Source: an uncultured Christensenellaceae bacterium (GTDB lineage Bacteria > Bacillota > Clostridia > Christensenellales > UBA3700). Taken from it: a DNA stretch of 64,000 nucleotides. Below the pieces are notes generated by a model, which was given only the letters and a program-made list of their open reading frames with translations, searched no databases and had not been told where the DNA came from. Location of the stretch: positions 54,512 through 118,511 of the forward strand of contig CALWBV010000001.1 of assembly GCA_944376205.1 (NCBI GenBank), in the 5' to 3' direction. Of this stretch, positions 52,050 through 62,379 are shown in pieces; within the stretch, counting starts at the first letter, position 1; every line of letters begins with the position of its first letter. A program made the translations under genes and the position numbers.

Positions 52050-53054
52050 ATGGAAAACGTCAGACTTCACATATGCGAATTAGAGAGACAAACCTTGAGC
52101 AAATACGCTACTCTGTCCGAAAACACCAAGGGCAGACTGCACGATTGCAAACCTTGCGATTTGAGAAGCGAATTTCAGCGAGACCGTGACAGAATACTTC
52201 ACTGCAAATCGTTCAGACGACTCAAGCACAAAACACAGGTTTTTCTTTCTCCCGAAGGAGACCATTACCGTACACGCCTTACTCATACTCTCGAAGTATC
52301 GCAGATAGGACGTACGATAGCAAGGGCTTTACGTCTTAACGAAGATCTTGTAGAAGCAATATCGTTGGGACACGACCTCGGACACACGCCTTTCGGACAC
52401 GCCGGCGAACGCAAACTCAACGAACTTGTAAACGGAGGTTTCGTACACAGTCTTCAATCGAGACGAGTCGTCGACCTTCTCGAAAACAACGGCAAAGGAC
52501 TCAATCTTACTTTTGAAGTGAGAGACGGCATAGCTAATCACAAATATACTGATAAACCTGCCACTTTAGAGGGCGAAATCGTCAAATATGCCGACAGATT
52601 CGCTTACATCAATCACGACATCGAAGATGCCGTAAGAGGCAACGTGATAAGCGACGATTGCCTTCCTAAAGATTGCATAAAGGTACTCGGAGATACCAAA
52701 TCGGGGCGCATAAACAATATGATAAGAGATATTGTCGAGTACAGCTGGGATAAACCTTATATCAAACAATCCCCCGAATTCGAGAAAGCGACGGAAAAGC
52801 TTCATTCTTTTATGTTTGAAGAAGTATATCTCAATCCCAAAGCAAAGAGTCAGGAAGTAAAAGCCGTCAAAATGATTGAGCTTATCTTTGATTTTTATCT
52901 CAAAAATCCCGACAAACTGCCCGACTTTTACAAATCGCTTTTACAGGAATATCCCGCCGACAGAGTCGTATGCGACTACATCGCATCGTTTACTGACAGA
53001 TATTGCATTAAAGTATTTCAAAGACTGTTTATTCCCGATGAGTGGAATATTTGA
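52050..53054 (+). CDS. dgt: dGTP triphosphohydrolase-like HD protein
   Basis: FQRDRDRI, FRRLKHKTQV, RTRLTHTLEV, GHDLGHTPFGHAGE. Confidence 0.93.
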   Translation: MENVRLHICELERQTLSKYATLSENTKGRLHDCKPCDLRSEFQRDRDRILHCKSFRRLKHKTQVFLSPEGDHYRTRLTHTLEVSQIGRTIARALRLNEDLVEAISLGHDLGHTPFGHAGERKLNELVNGGFVHSLQSRRVVDLLENNGKGLNLTFEVRDGIANHKYTDKPATLEGEIVKYADRFAYINHDIEDAVRGNVISDDCLPKDCIKVLGDTKSGRINNMIRDIVEYSWDKPYIKQSPEFEKATEKLHSFMFEEVYLNPKAKSQEVKAVKMIELIFDFYLKNPDKLPDFYKSLLQEYPADRVVCDYIASFTDRYCIKVFQRLFIPDEWNI

Positions 53055-53182
53055 TTTTTCTTGCTGCAATTATCCCTTGAACGGATACTTCCGTAGTTTG
53101 CAAAAAATACTAACGTTTAATCAACGACAAAAGCCTGCATGCTATTGCAGGTTTTTGCATTTAGGAAGTTATTGCTTATGTT

Positions 53183-53530
53183 TCAAGTCACTTTCACAAA
53201 CAATGTGGTTGTTCCGTCGTAAGAGATTATCATAGCATTCTCCCCGAAACTTACATCCAACAAAATGTCGATATAGTAATTATTCATATAAATCTTGACT
53301 TTGCCGTCGATTATGGTAGGATAATAATTGTCCGATCCGCCGTCCATCGTTATGACCATCACGTCGGAGAATACTTCCATAGTGACAGACGGATTATTTT
53401 GATCCACATATAATCCGTGATACGTTTGAGGAATTTCGTAGTCAGGATAATTGGGTCCGCCCGACCACTTTGCTACCACGGTAATATCCGATACCATGGT
53501 CACACTGTCTCCTACGCTTATTTCTCTGCC
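53183..53530 (-). pseudogene. C-terminal fragment of a surface/secreted protein (InlB B-repeat-like end)
   Basis: VTMVSDITVVAKW resembles the end of a Listeria/Bacteroides repeat; no SD or signal peptide; overlaps the sigma fragment. Confidence 0.45.
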
Positions 53531-53809
53531 TTTTTGATGCAATAATTTATTGTCATGTTTGTAAATGTCTTACAAAGATACGCAAACGCATTGGTATTGA
53601 AACGGTATTTTGATGCAATCACGAAAATCTCCGCCCAAAAATCCTGAACGAGGTCTTCTGAATCATGCAAATTGCCGAGATATCTCAATGCGATATGTCT
53701 GAATACTCCGCCGGTCAACTCGTGCAAGCGGCACACGCTTTGCATATCCTGATTGTCTTTTATAGACGATACGCAAGTATTGATTTATTTTTTTTATTTT
53801 ATTATCCAT
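53518..53809 (-). pseudogene. Frameshifted, truncated ECF sigma factor
   Basis: AAGGA SD and ATG at 53809 (MDNKIKKINQYL) are out of frame with region 2 (FRHIALRYLGNLHDSEDLVQDFW...AFAYL); region 4 is missing. Confidence 0.7.
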
Positions 53810-53965
53810 TTGCAAATCCTTAAGGTTTTTATGCTCCAGCTTTCGGCTTTCGTAAATATAACAATTCAGCTTGGGGATTTGTCCCGCAAAATTATAAAAA
53901 AGCGGTCTGTTTTTTATACAAGCCGCTTATTCGATAATCAATCTTCTTGTTCTGACTCAATGTTT

Positions 53966-55033
53966 TCAGTCTTCTTTTGCAATCTTGTCTTTATCATTCT
54001 TTGGGTCACTTTCAGACATATTTTGTTTTTTGGAGGCGTTGTCTTTAGACTGCTTTTGTCTCTTTCCGTCTTCTTCCCAAAGTTCCTTTTCTTTATCGGC
54101 AAAACTTTTCTCGACTTTTTCTTCGACAAAATAGGGGTTGACGTGAATGGCAATGTGTTTTACTTCTTTGAATTCGCTCTCTATTTTGTCGTGTACCCGC
54201 TCTGCGATTTCGTGTGCGTCAACGATATTCAGCGAACTGTCTACGGCTATCTCGGCGTCGACATAAATTATCGAACCTGAAATTCTGGTTTTCAAAACGT
54301 CGATATTTTTTACGTCCTGATCCTCATCTATCGTCTTGTATATTCTGCTTACGAGTTCTTCGGGAGCGGCATGGTCCGTAAGCTGTTTTATTACCACTTT
54401 TACTATATCGTATGAAACCTTGATAATCAAAACCGCAATAAGAAGCGTTGCGATACCTTCGAGGACGAATACTCCGAGGATAGCGCCCAGAATACCCGCA
54501 AAGCTGGCGATTGACGAAAAAGCGTCCGAACGGTGATGCCATGCGTCCGCTTTAAGTGCCTGCGAATCGAGCTTTTTAGCGTAATAAATAGTGTACCAAT
54601 ACATTCCTTCTTTTACTACGATTGATACGATTGCGGCAACGAGCGCAATATACGAGGGTTTGACAAACTCGCCTTTCGTCGCCGAAATTATGCTCTGAAT
54701 ACCTGCATATCCGAGCGCAAGCGCCGTGGCAAACAACATCATAGCGAGAATTATAGACGCAATGTTTTCGAATTTGTCGTGACCGTAATTGTGATCTCTG
54801 TCTTCGCTCTTGACGGCTATACGTGCGCCGATAAGCACTATAAAAGTGGACAGCACGTCGCTGCCCGAGTGTACGGCGTCTGAAATCATTGCGGTACTGT
54901 TGCCCACAATACCCGCAATTAATTTTCCTATTGAAAGAATAAGGTTGACAACGATCGTAACGATTGCAACCTTATTTATGATTTTTACTGCATTTGTCTT
55001 ATCATTTATCAACATAATTTTTCTCTGTATCAA
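53966..55033 (-). CDS. Cation diffusion facilitator family transporter
   Basis: SDAVHSGSD, HNYGHDKFE, ADAWHHRSD, C-terminal dimerisation domain; start could be 55015. Confidence 0.92.
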   Translation of the reverse strand: MIQRKIMLINDKTNAVKIINKVAIVTIVVNLILSIGKLIAGIVGNSTAMISDAVHSGSDVLSTFIVLIGARIAVKSEDRDHNYGHDKFENIASIILAMMLFATALALGYAGIQSIISATKGEFVKPSYIALVAAIVSIVVKEGMYWYTIYYAKKLDSQALKADAWHHRSDAFSSIASFAGILGAILGVFVLEGIATLLIAVLIIKVSYDIVKVVIKQLTDHAAPEELVSRIYKTIDEDQDVKNIDVLKTRISGSIIYVDAEIAVDSSLNIVDAHEIAERVHDKIESEFKEVKHIAIHVNPYFVEEKVEKSFADKEKELWEEDGKRQKQSKDNASKKQNMSESDPKNDKDKIAKED

Positions 55034-55737
55034 ATCAAAGCATAGCTTTCGAGATTTTTCTTTACTTCACGCATAAAAGACTGAATCGGCTTATAATTTT
55101 TTGCTACCGCAGACAAACCTATCCAACACACCTTGACCATTTTTGACCTCGAGAGTTCGAAGGAATAATAAAACCCGTCCAACAGCGTAAGAAGTTCGTC
55201 TTTCAATTTGTCGGATATGTGAGCGTCTGCTTCGACGATTTCAGTCATTTTCGATATGCAAGGCATTATGCTTTCTTTTGCATAGTCGTCTACAGGTTTT
55301 TCTTCTTCTGCGTCAAGAACCGTTTCCTTATAATCGAGAATACCGCCGAAAGCCCTCGCATAACCTGCAAGTACTGTAAAACAGAATCTCTGATAACAAG
55401 CCTCATAGTCATCCATCTTATAATACTTTATCAAGAATCTGTCCATGTCTATATTCCCTCTGTCGAAGTCGTACAAAAGTGCGGTAACCACTGCAACGAC
55501 CGCCATAGGGTTTGTCGGAAGATTTATAGTATCGTCGCCGATGAATTTATAATATTCGTCCTTAAACTTAATGCTTTGATTACATTTTGCTATGTAATTA
55601 TAAAGGCAAGGAGTATTTGCTATAAACCGCAAAAGATTCTTTATCGCAGTAGTAGACAAAATATATTTTGACCTTGCGATCTTGTCACAATAGTCTATCA
55701 ATATATTATATGCTTTCTGCGGTGCAAGTTCTGCCAT
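55030..55737 (-). CDS. Hypothetical protein
   Basis: AAGGAG SD; helical 235-aa ORF coupled to the CDF gene. Confidence 0.7.
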   Translation of the reverse strand: MAELAPQKAYNILIDYCDKIARSKYILSTTAIKNLLRFIANTPCLYNYIAKCNQSIKFKDEYYKFIGDDTINLPTNPMAVVAVVTALLYDFDRGNIDMDRFLIKYYKMDDYEACYQRFCFTVLAGYARAFGGILDYKETVLDAEEEKPVDDYAKESIMPCISKMTEIVEADAHISDKLKDELLTLLDGFYYSFELSRSKMVKVCWIGLSAVAKNYKPIQSFMREVKKNLESYALI

Positions 55738-55945
55738 AACGCATTCTCCTTAACTTTTTTAATATTATACAACACAAGAGAGAAAATAGCAAGTTAATAT
55801 ATAATATTAAAACAACAATGTCTGTTAATCGACAAAATAGCGTCAAGTGCTTGAAAATAGCATAAAAATGTTATATAATAAATTAAAATTGGTCAAAAAT
55901 TGCAAAATTGTTAAATATAAATTTAATTTACAAGAAGGAGTTAAG

Positions 55946-56182
55946 ATGAAATCAATAACCTTGTTGCTCAACACAACTGAAAGCGTAAAATCCTTTGTCA
56001 ACATTATATCCAGATTTGATTACGATATGGATTTGAGATGCGGCAGATATGTTGTAGACGCAAAATCCATACTCGGAATATTCTCTCTCGATCTTAACCG
56101 TCCCGTCGTTCTCGAAGTTCATTGCGACGAATGCGATGACTTGATCGAAAGCATCAAAAAATATATTTCCGATGCGGAGTAA
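55946..56182 (+). CDS. HPr-like protein lacking His15
   Basis: VDAKSILGIFSL (Ser46 motif) present; GLHARP absent; AAGGAG SD. Confidence 0.85.
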   Translation: MKSITLLLNTTESVKSFVNIISRFDYDMDLRCGRYVVDAKSILGIFSLDLNRPVVLEVHCDECDDLIESIKKYISDAE

Positions 56183-56708
56183 AAGCGGTATGTTGGACAG
56201 CGCGACCGTAAACAAACTCATATTATTGTACGTCCTCGACAAAATGGAAGTCGCACTTCAGGAGGGCGTCATTTTGGATATGGTCACGGAAAACAACTGG
56301 CTCAATTACATGGATTGTCAGGTTGCGCTTTGCGACCTCATAAAAAGCAATTTGATCACAAACGTAGCCACAAAAGGTTGCAATCCCCGATACACTATCA
56401 CAAGCGATTCGAGAGAGGGGCTCAAACATTATTACATAAATATCCCCTCTTCTTTGAGAGAAAATATCGCAGAAGTGATCAAACAAAACAAATTCAAGTA
56501 CAGAAAAAAACAAGACTATTTTTCCGACTACTTCAAAAACAATGACGGAACTTATACCGTAATCCTTAAAATCGAAAGTGCGACCGCTACTCTTATGGAA
56601 CTTAAACTCACAGTCCAGAATCCCACAAAAGCCAAATGGCTCTATAAGACATGGGGCGACAAAGCGTCGACGATATACGAATTCTTACTTGAAAATCTCA
56701 TCGACTGA
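56172..56708 (+). CDS. DUF4364 family winged-helix protein
   Basis: KLIILYVLDKM, NYMDCQ..L.DL, YTIT, LMELKL..W...ASTIY pattern. Confidence 0.75.
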   Translation: MRSKSGMLDSATVNKLILLYVLDKMEVALQEGVILDMVTENNWLNYMDCQVALCDLIKSNLITNVATKGCNPRYTITSDSREGLKHYYINIPSSLRENIAEVIKQNKFKYRKKQDYFSDYFKNNDGTYTVILKIESATATLMELKLTVQNPTKAKWLYKTWGDKASTIYEFLLENLID

Positions 56709-56852
56709 CGCTATCCGATATTCAATCGACAACTACGGCGGCACTGCTCTGTGCCGTCTTTTTATTGTCGCTTTAAGACTTGCGAATTTATAAATCTTTA
56801 TAAAACTTTGACGAAATTGAATTTTATATCTGAATACTGTAGCAGACTAAAC

Positions 56853-56879
56853 AAAAAGCCGACATTCGTCGGCTTTTTT
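56853..56879. terminator. Bidirectional intrinsic terminator
   Basis: AAAAAGCCGAC-attc-GTCGGCTTTTT. Confidence 0.85.
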
Positions 56880-56915
56880 ATATAGTTATTTATCATATTA
56901 TATTTTCAAAAAAGA

Positions 56916-58418
56916 TTATGCAACTGCTGTTTCTTTATCGTCTTTTTTGTTCTTTTTGTTTGCCTTTGATTTGGAAGCATCGATATTCACGACGATTTCA
57001 GAGTTTTTATCCGCAAGATTCTTTGCCGCAAGTTCCTGCTCGTTGACTATCTCCATTACTGCAAACATCATTGTCATTATAAGCATAAAAGGCAAGGGAC
57101 AGAAATCTCCGGGATTTACGCATGCCATGAGTTCAAATCCGATAAATGCGATAAGCATCGTATCGTTGAAATTACTGCGGTATTTCTTTGCACGCATAGT
57201 GTACATACGCATGACAAACTGATACGTATAAGCAATCATGCCTACCATTCCCAACGAACCTAAAACTTGGAAAGGCGTAGAATGATACCAGTACATACCG
57301 CCCTCTTTGGGATGATATCCCACTCCGCCGTCATACGCAAGACCTGTACCGAATATAGGATATTTACTGAAACATTCTATTGCATGCGCAAACAGTTTGA
57401 CTCTGGCTTCGTCTTTGCTTATATGCAAAATCGAACTTAACGCACTCCACATCGCAACAACTAAACCGACACCCGCTACCACACAGCAAACGGTTACGGC
57501 AATAACGATTTTTTTCATTTTACCTTTGCATACTACGCAAAGATATATGAGGCTTATACCCATTTCGATAGTGCCCACAAAAATACCGCCTCTTGAAAGT
57601 ATCAGCATCAAAAAGACGTATTGCACCATCATAAACAAAAACATCAAAACAGGACGTCTGTTTTTGCGGATATAGTACATAGGAAAAGGCATAGTCCAAA
57701 GCATTATTGCTGACAGATTATTACTGAGTCCCTGTGCAAATTTACTGTATTGATATTGTTCGAGTTCTTTTCCTATGCCGTGAGTTTTGATCACGTCAAT
57801 AAATCCGCCGATATTTTCCAGATACTGACAAAACATCATAATTACGGCAAAAAGACCTATATACAACATAAGCTGTACAAAGTACTCTTTAAGATCGTAT
57901 TTTCTTCTGGCGTTGATATAGGATCTGAAAAGCACGTAAAGCAAAAGCTGACCGAATCCGAGACCTATAACGTAGTACATTGCCATGCCGCTGAAATACT
58001 GTTTGAAAGAAAGCGAAAAAGCTCCGCCCAACGTAATTGCAATGGATACGGCAAGAATAGGCCAAAACATCGAATCCATAACGATTTTTTTACGATAGAA
58101 AATAAAATGGAAGATTACCGCAGCGACAACGGGCAACACAAACGGAAACAGCGGAGCCCAACCGCTAAAGCTGTCATACAAGCGCAGAATATGCATTATC
58201 ATAAGCATAAAAGGCAAAGTAGACGGCATGATATCATCGCTGAAAATCATTACAAAACCGATAAGGTACGCCAAAAACAGCGCACCTATTATTTCAAAGT
58301 GAAATATATAGCTTATCGTAGCGACAGCTATTACGAATAACGAATAATATTTGGAAAACAGAAAGTTTCTTATATCCAGGACGATCTGTTTTGTCTCTTT
58401 GGTATTTTCCTTGAGCAT
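56916..58418 (-). CDS. O-antigen ligase/Wzy_C family membrane protein
   Basis: About 12 TM; LSRGG, R..LF, YPIFGTG, HSTPFQVLGSLGMVG; start placed at ATG 58418. Confidence 0.8.
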   Translation of the reverse strand: MLKENTKETKQIVLDIRNFLFSKYYSLFVIAVATISYIFHFEIIGALFLAYLIGFVMIFSDDIMPSTLPFMLMIMHILRLYDSFSGWAPLFPFVLPVVAAVIFHFIFYRKKIVMDSMFWPILAVSIAITLGGAFSLSFKQYFSGMAMYYVIGLGFGQLLLYVLFRSYINARRKYDLKEYFVQLMLYIGLFAVIMMFCQYLENIGGFIDVIKTHGIGKELEQYQYSKFAQGLSNNLSAIMLWTMPFPMYYIRKNRRPVLMFLFMMVQYVFLMLILSRGGIFVGTIEMGISLIYLCVVCKGKMKKIVIAVTVCCVVAGVGLVVAMWSALSSILHISKDEARVKLFAHAIECFSKYPIFGTGLAYDGGVGYHPKEGGMYWYHSTPFQVLGSLGMVGMIAYTYQFVMRMYTMRAKKYRSNFNDTMLIAFIGFELMACVNPGDFCPLPFMLIMTMMFAVMEIVNEQELAAKNLADKNSEIVVNIDASKSKANKKNKKDDKETAVA

Positions 58419-58435
58419 AACCTGTTCCCTTAAAT

Positions 58436-58612
58436 TCACCAATCTTCTCTACGGTCGATTTTAATGTCCGTATAAAATTCTTTATATTTTCTTTTGAAGA
58501 TTTCGTTGTCCGTATCGTAATTTTGTGCGGCAAGCAAATCTTCTTCGTCATACATCTCCGAACAATCTTCGTCGTACTGTTCGGCTTTTTTCATTTTCTC
58601 GTAATTATTCAT
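58436..58612 (-). CDS. Small acidic hypothetical protein (58 aa), not in the ORF track
   Basis: MNNYEKMKKAEQYDEDCSEMYDEEDLLAAQNYDTDNEIFKRKYKEFYTDIKIDRREDW; GAGG SD; ATG overlaps the end of hprK and the ORF fills the gap to the next gene. Confidence 0.7.
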   Translation of the reverse strand: MNNYEKMKKAEQYDEDCSEMYDEEDLLAAQNYDTDNEIFKRKYKEFYTDIKIDRREDW

Positions 58613-59549
58613 TGAGATTTGTCCTCTTTTTCAAATCTCCCAAAGCGTCGTATCCCAGCTTTTTAAGGAGAAAGTTTCTTGTAGCCACTTCGACGATAAC
58701 CGCAATGTTTCTGCCCGGCATAACGGGAATATTTATCTGCGGTAAAGCAATACCTAGAATATCGCAAGTGTTATCCGTCGAGCCTAGTCTGTCATAGTCG
58801 GCAAGGTTGCTGATTTTATCGAGTTTGATGACAAGATCTATATATTCGCTCTCGAGTACTGCGCCTACGCCGTACATGTTCTTAATATCTATTATTCCCA
58901 GCCCTCTTACTTCCATAAAATATTTTATGTTTTCGGGAGCTTTTCCTACGAGTTCGTTTCTCACTCTTTTTACGCAAACCGCATCGTCGGCAATAATTCT
59001 GTGTCCCCTGTTGATAAGTTCGATAGCTGTCTCGCTCTTACCCATACCGCTGTGCCCCGTAAGCAATACGCCTACGCCGTTTATATCGAGCAAAGTGCCG
59101 TGTACCATTTGTGTAGGAGCAAGCAAATTGTCGAGATAATTGCCGAGTTCGTGCATGAGCCAAGTTGTCGTCATTTCGGACCTCAACAAAGGCACGTTGT
59201 ATTGTCTGGCAAGTTCGGTCTCCATCTGCGAAGGCTTGATTCCTCTTGCATATATTATGCAAGGTATTTTTTGCACGAGAAGTCTTTTGAGCGCTTTTTG
59301 TTTTTCTTCGTACTGCAATGAAGCCAGATAATAATGTTCGGCATTGCCCACTACCTGTACTCTGCTGTTGCCGAAGTAATTCTCAAATCCAGCAAGTAAA
59401 AGACCGGGTCTGTTGACCAGTACGGATTTGAAAATTATATCGTCATCGCTTTTACCGCACAAAAGTTCGAGGTCCAATTCTTTACAGAATTCGCCCAGCT
59501 TTACTGCCTGCGATATAGCTTCTTCGTTCTGGTCAAAATATTTATTCAT
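58605..59549 (-). CDS. hprK: HPr(Ser) kinase/phosphorylase
   Basis: NRPGL, HGTLLD, GHSGMGKSE, IADD, MEVRGLGII, PGRN. Confidence 0.96.
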   Translation of the reverse strand: MNKYFDQNEEAISQAVKLGEFCKELDLELLCGKSDDDIIFKSVLVNRPGLLLAGFENYFGNSRVQVVGNAEHYYLASLQYEEKQKALKRLLVQKIPCIIYARGIKPSQMETELARQYNVPLLRSEMTTTWLMHELGNYLDNLLAPTQMVHGTLLDINGVGVLLTGHSGMGKSETAIELINRGHRIIADDAVCVKRVRNELVGKAPENIKYFMEVRGLGIIDIKNMYGVGAVLESEYIDLVIKLDKISNLADYDRLGSTDNTCDILGIALPQINIPVMPGRNIAVIVEVATRNFLLKKLGYDALGDLKKRTNLNE

Positions 59550-60369
59550 CGTCCTTTCCTTGGAGACAGAATTTCTCTATAACTTTTGCTACGCCATCGT
59601 TATCGTTGGTATCGGCAATATAATCTGCGGCAAGTTTTACTTTAGGCATTGCGTTTGCCATAGCTACTCCGAGTCCTGCGGCTTCGATCATTGCGATATC
59701 GTTTTCGCTGTCGCCGAGGGCAATGGTATCTTTTATATCGACGCCGTATTTATCGCAAAGCCATTTTACTCCTGCACCCTTGTCGATGCCTTTCGTCATA
59801 ATCTCAACGATAAACGTATGCGAACGCATAAACGCAAGATCGGGGAATCTCTTTGCTCCCTCCTCCGTAAACTTATCGCAACATTCTCCCTGCATAAGCA
59901 CGAGAACTTTTACAGGAAGGTGCTCGCTTTCTCTGACGTATTGAGAAAGAGGTATTTTCGTCTCTTTGTAACCAATATTGCAAATCGTGACGAATTCTTT
60001 TACGTATTCGTTGAAATATCTGCAATGACACGTATCGTCAATATAGACGAGAGGCACGAATTCGTCGCCCATTGCTTCTACGTATTCAAGCGCCCGGACA
60101 GCCATTTCTCTCTCGAAGAATTTGCCGTAAATCTGCTTTTTGCTTTTTATATCGTATACTCCGGCGCCTTGATAAACTATTACGTCTCCGTCAAGATTGA
60201 GTTCGACGAGTTTGGGATAAATCGCCGAAAACAGTCTTCCCGTCGAAACTACGAATTTACCGCCTGCGGCGATATATTTTGCTATTGTATCCTTATTTGT
60301 CTGCGATATTCTGTGATCCTCTGTATAGATGGTTCCGTCGAAATCGCAAAAGATTGCCTTATATTTCAT
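59542..60369 (-). CDS. Cof-type HAD-IIB hydrolase
   Basis: CDFDGTI, STGR, KGAGV, LGDSENDIAM, NDNDGVA. Confidence 0.92.
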   Translation of the reverse strand: MKYKAIFCDFDGTIYTEDHRISQTNKDTIAKYIAAGGKFVVSTGRLFSAIYPKLVELNLDGDVIVYQGAGVYDIKSKKQIYGKFFEREMAVRALEYVEAMGDEFVPLVYIDDTCHCRYFNEYVKEFVTICNIGYKETKIPLSQYVRESEHLPVKVLVLMQGECCDKFTEEGAKRFPDLAFMRSHTFIVEIMTKGIDKGAGVKWLCDKYGVDIKDTIALGDSENDIAMIEAAGLGVAMANAMPKVKLAADYIADTNDNDGVAKVIEKFCLQGKDDE

Positions 60370-60543
60370 ATATAATATATTAGTATAAACGCATAAAAAT
60401 GTAAAGCGTTTTAATCTCAACAAAGATTAATGCGGCTCCGTGGCCCGGTTTAGATACCGCTAAAACGTTGAAAAACTTGTTTGTTTTGTCAATCTGTCGC
60501 AAGTGCCGTTACAACAACTTATGCTGTAAATTCTGTTTTGCCG

Positions 60544-62373
60544 TTATTCTTCGCTATGGAAATGAGAATAAATATTCTGTGCGCTGCGTCTGTCAATCCC
60601 TTTGACAAGGCACAAATCGTCTACGCTGGCATTTCTTATATTTTCTATGTTCTTAAATGCTTCGAAAAGCAATTTAACTCTTTTTTCTCCCACGCCTTCG
60701 ATTGCTAAAAGCTTACTGTGAGTCTGACGTTTTTGTCTCAATTCCCTATGGAAAGTTATGGCAAATCTGTGCGCCTCGTCTCTTATGCGCTGCAAAACTT
60801 TGAGCGCATAACTGTTTCTCGGCAAAATAACGGGTTGAGAATTGCCCGGCAAAAATACTTCTTCTTCTCTTTTCGCAAGACCTATGACGTCTATATCCTT
60901 GACGCCTTTTGCCTCGAGAATTTCGACAACGCTGCTCAACTGTCCTTTTCCTCCGTCGATTACCAGCAAATCTGGGCGACTTGCAAAGCTTTCGTCTTTA
61001 GCTTCGTTGAGCTCGTCGATACGTCTCGTAAGCGCTTCTTGCAATCCTGCAAAGTCATCGTTTCCCAGCGCATATTTCATCTTGAATTTGCGGTAATGCG
61101 CACGGTAAGGACTTCCGTTTGAAAATACCACCATAGACGCAACCTTGTCCGTACCCTGTATATGCGAAATGTCGTAACATTCCATACGCATAGGCAAACG
61201 TGACAAATGCAAATACTCCTGGAGCTGAATGATTGCACCTGTGGTCATATTGTCTTGTCTTTCCTTGACGGAAAGCGATTTTTCGAGATAGTCTGTCGCA
61301 TTGCCTGCCGCCATGTCTGCAAGCTGACGTCTTACGCCCTGATGAGGAGTAAGCACGTTGACTCTACTTCCCTTTTTATAAGAAAGATATTCTGCCAAAA
61401 GCGCAGGATCGTCCACAGGCGAAGCGGTGATAACTTCGCTTGCAACATAATTTATTTTGTCATAGTATGCGGTAATGAAATTTTCCAGGACAATACCGTT
61501 TTCGGGGGCTAAATCGCTGACGACCTGTTTGTCTCCTCCGACGAGTTTTCCTCCTCTTACGAAAAGTACTGCGACAACGGTATTCAGTCCGTTGCTGGCT
61601 ATTGCAAAAATATCGAGATCGAAGTCTTTGGGAAGCGCCGTGACCTGTCGTCTTACGAGTTTATCGAGTATCTCGAGTTTCTTCCGATAGAATATCGCAA
61701 GTTCGAAATCCTCGTTTTCTGCGGCAGAATTCATCTTTTCCGTGAGAAGCGACGATACTTTTTTGTCGTTGCCCGACAAGAAAGAAATAACGTTGTCAAT
61801 TTGTTTTGCATACTCTTCTTTGCTGCAAAGTCCCGCACACGGCGCCAGACATCTCTTGATATGATAATTGAGACAAGGTCTGTGATTTTTTGAGAGTTTT
61901 TTGAAATCGTGATTACAGCTACGGAGACAAAACGCACTCTCTACGAGTTCTGTTATGTCTTTACTCGTAATCCCCTGCATATACGGTCCGAAATACTTGG
62001 ATCCGTCGTTTTTCAATTTTCTTACAACTTCGACTTTGGGAAAATCCTGCTTTAAGTTGATTCTGACAAAAGGATAGGACTTGTCGTCCTTTAACAAAAT
62101 ATTATAAGGCGGCATGTGCTTTTTTATAAGATTGTTTTCCAGCACGAGCGCCTCTATTTCGTTTCGGGTAATGATATATTCGAAATCGTAAATTTTTTCT
62201 ACGAGTTTAATGGTTTTTTCCGTCTTGTTTGCGGAGTTTGCAAAATACTGACTTACTCTGTTTTTAAGGTTTTTAGCCTTGCCTACATAGAGTATTTGTC
62301 CGCTTTGAGACTTCATGATATATACACCGCTGTTTTGCGGCAAATCTTTCAATTTTTGTTTTATATTGCTCAT
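60544..62373 (-). CDS. uvrC: Excinuclease ABC subunit C
   Basis: GIY-YIG (GVYIM..YVGKAKNL), UVR domain, ECYDISH, DGGKGQL, RDEAHRFA, HhH. Confidence 0.97.
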   Translation of the reverse strand: MSNIKQKLKDLPQNSGVYIMKSQSGQILYVGKAKNLKNRVSQYFANSANKTEKTIKLVEKIYDFEYIITRNEIEALVLENNLIKKHMPPYNILLKDDKSYPFVRINLKQDFPKVEVVRKLKNDGSKYFGPYMQGITSKDITELVESAFCLRSCNHDFKKLSKNHRPCLNYHIKRCLAPCAGLCSKEEYAKQIDNVISFLSGNDKKVSSLLTEKMNSAAENEDFELAIFYRKKLEILDKLVRRQVTALPKDFDLDIFAIASNGLNTVVAVLFVRGGKLVGGDKQVVSDLAPENGIVLENFITAYYDKINYVASEVITASPVDDPALLAEYLSYKKGSRVNVLTPHQGVRRQLADMAAGNATDYLEKSLSVKERQDNMTTGAIIQLQEYLHLSRLPMRMECYDISHIQGTDKVASMVVFSNGSPYRAHYRKFKMKYALGNDDFAGLQEALTRRIDELNEAKDESFASRPDLLVIDGGKGQLSSVVEILEAKGVKDIDVIGLAKREEEVFLPGNSQPVILPRNSYALKVLQRIRDEAHRFAITFHRELRQKRQTHSKLLAIEGVGEKRVKLLFEAFKNIENIRNASVDDLCLVKGIDRRSAQNIYSHFHSEE

Positions 62374-62379
62374 ACGATA

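Noticed and set aside
58294-58551. 85-aa ORF from the track between hprK and the ligase-like gene
   Set aside because: It overlaps the ligase gene out of frame; the 58-aa frame fits the gap and couples to hprK
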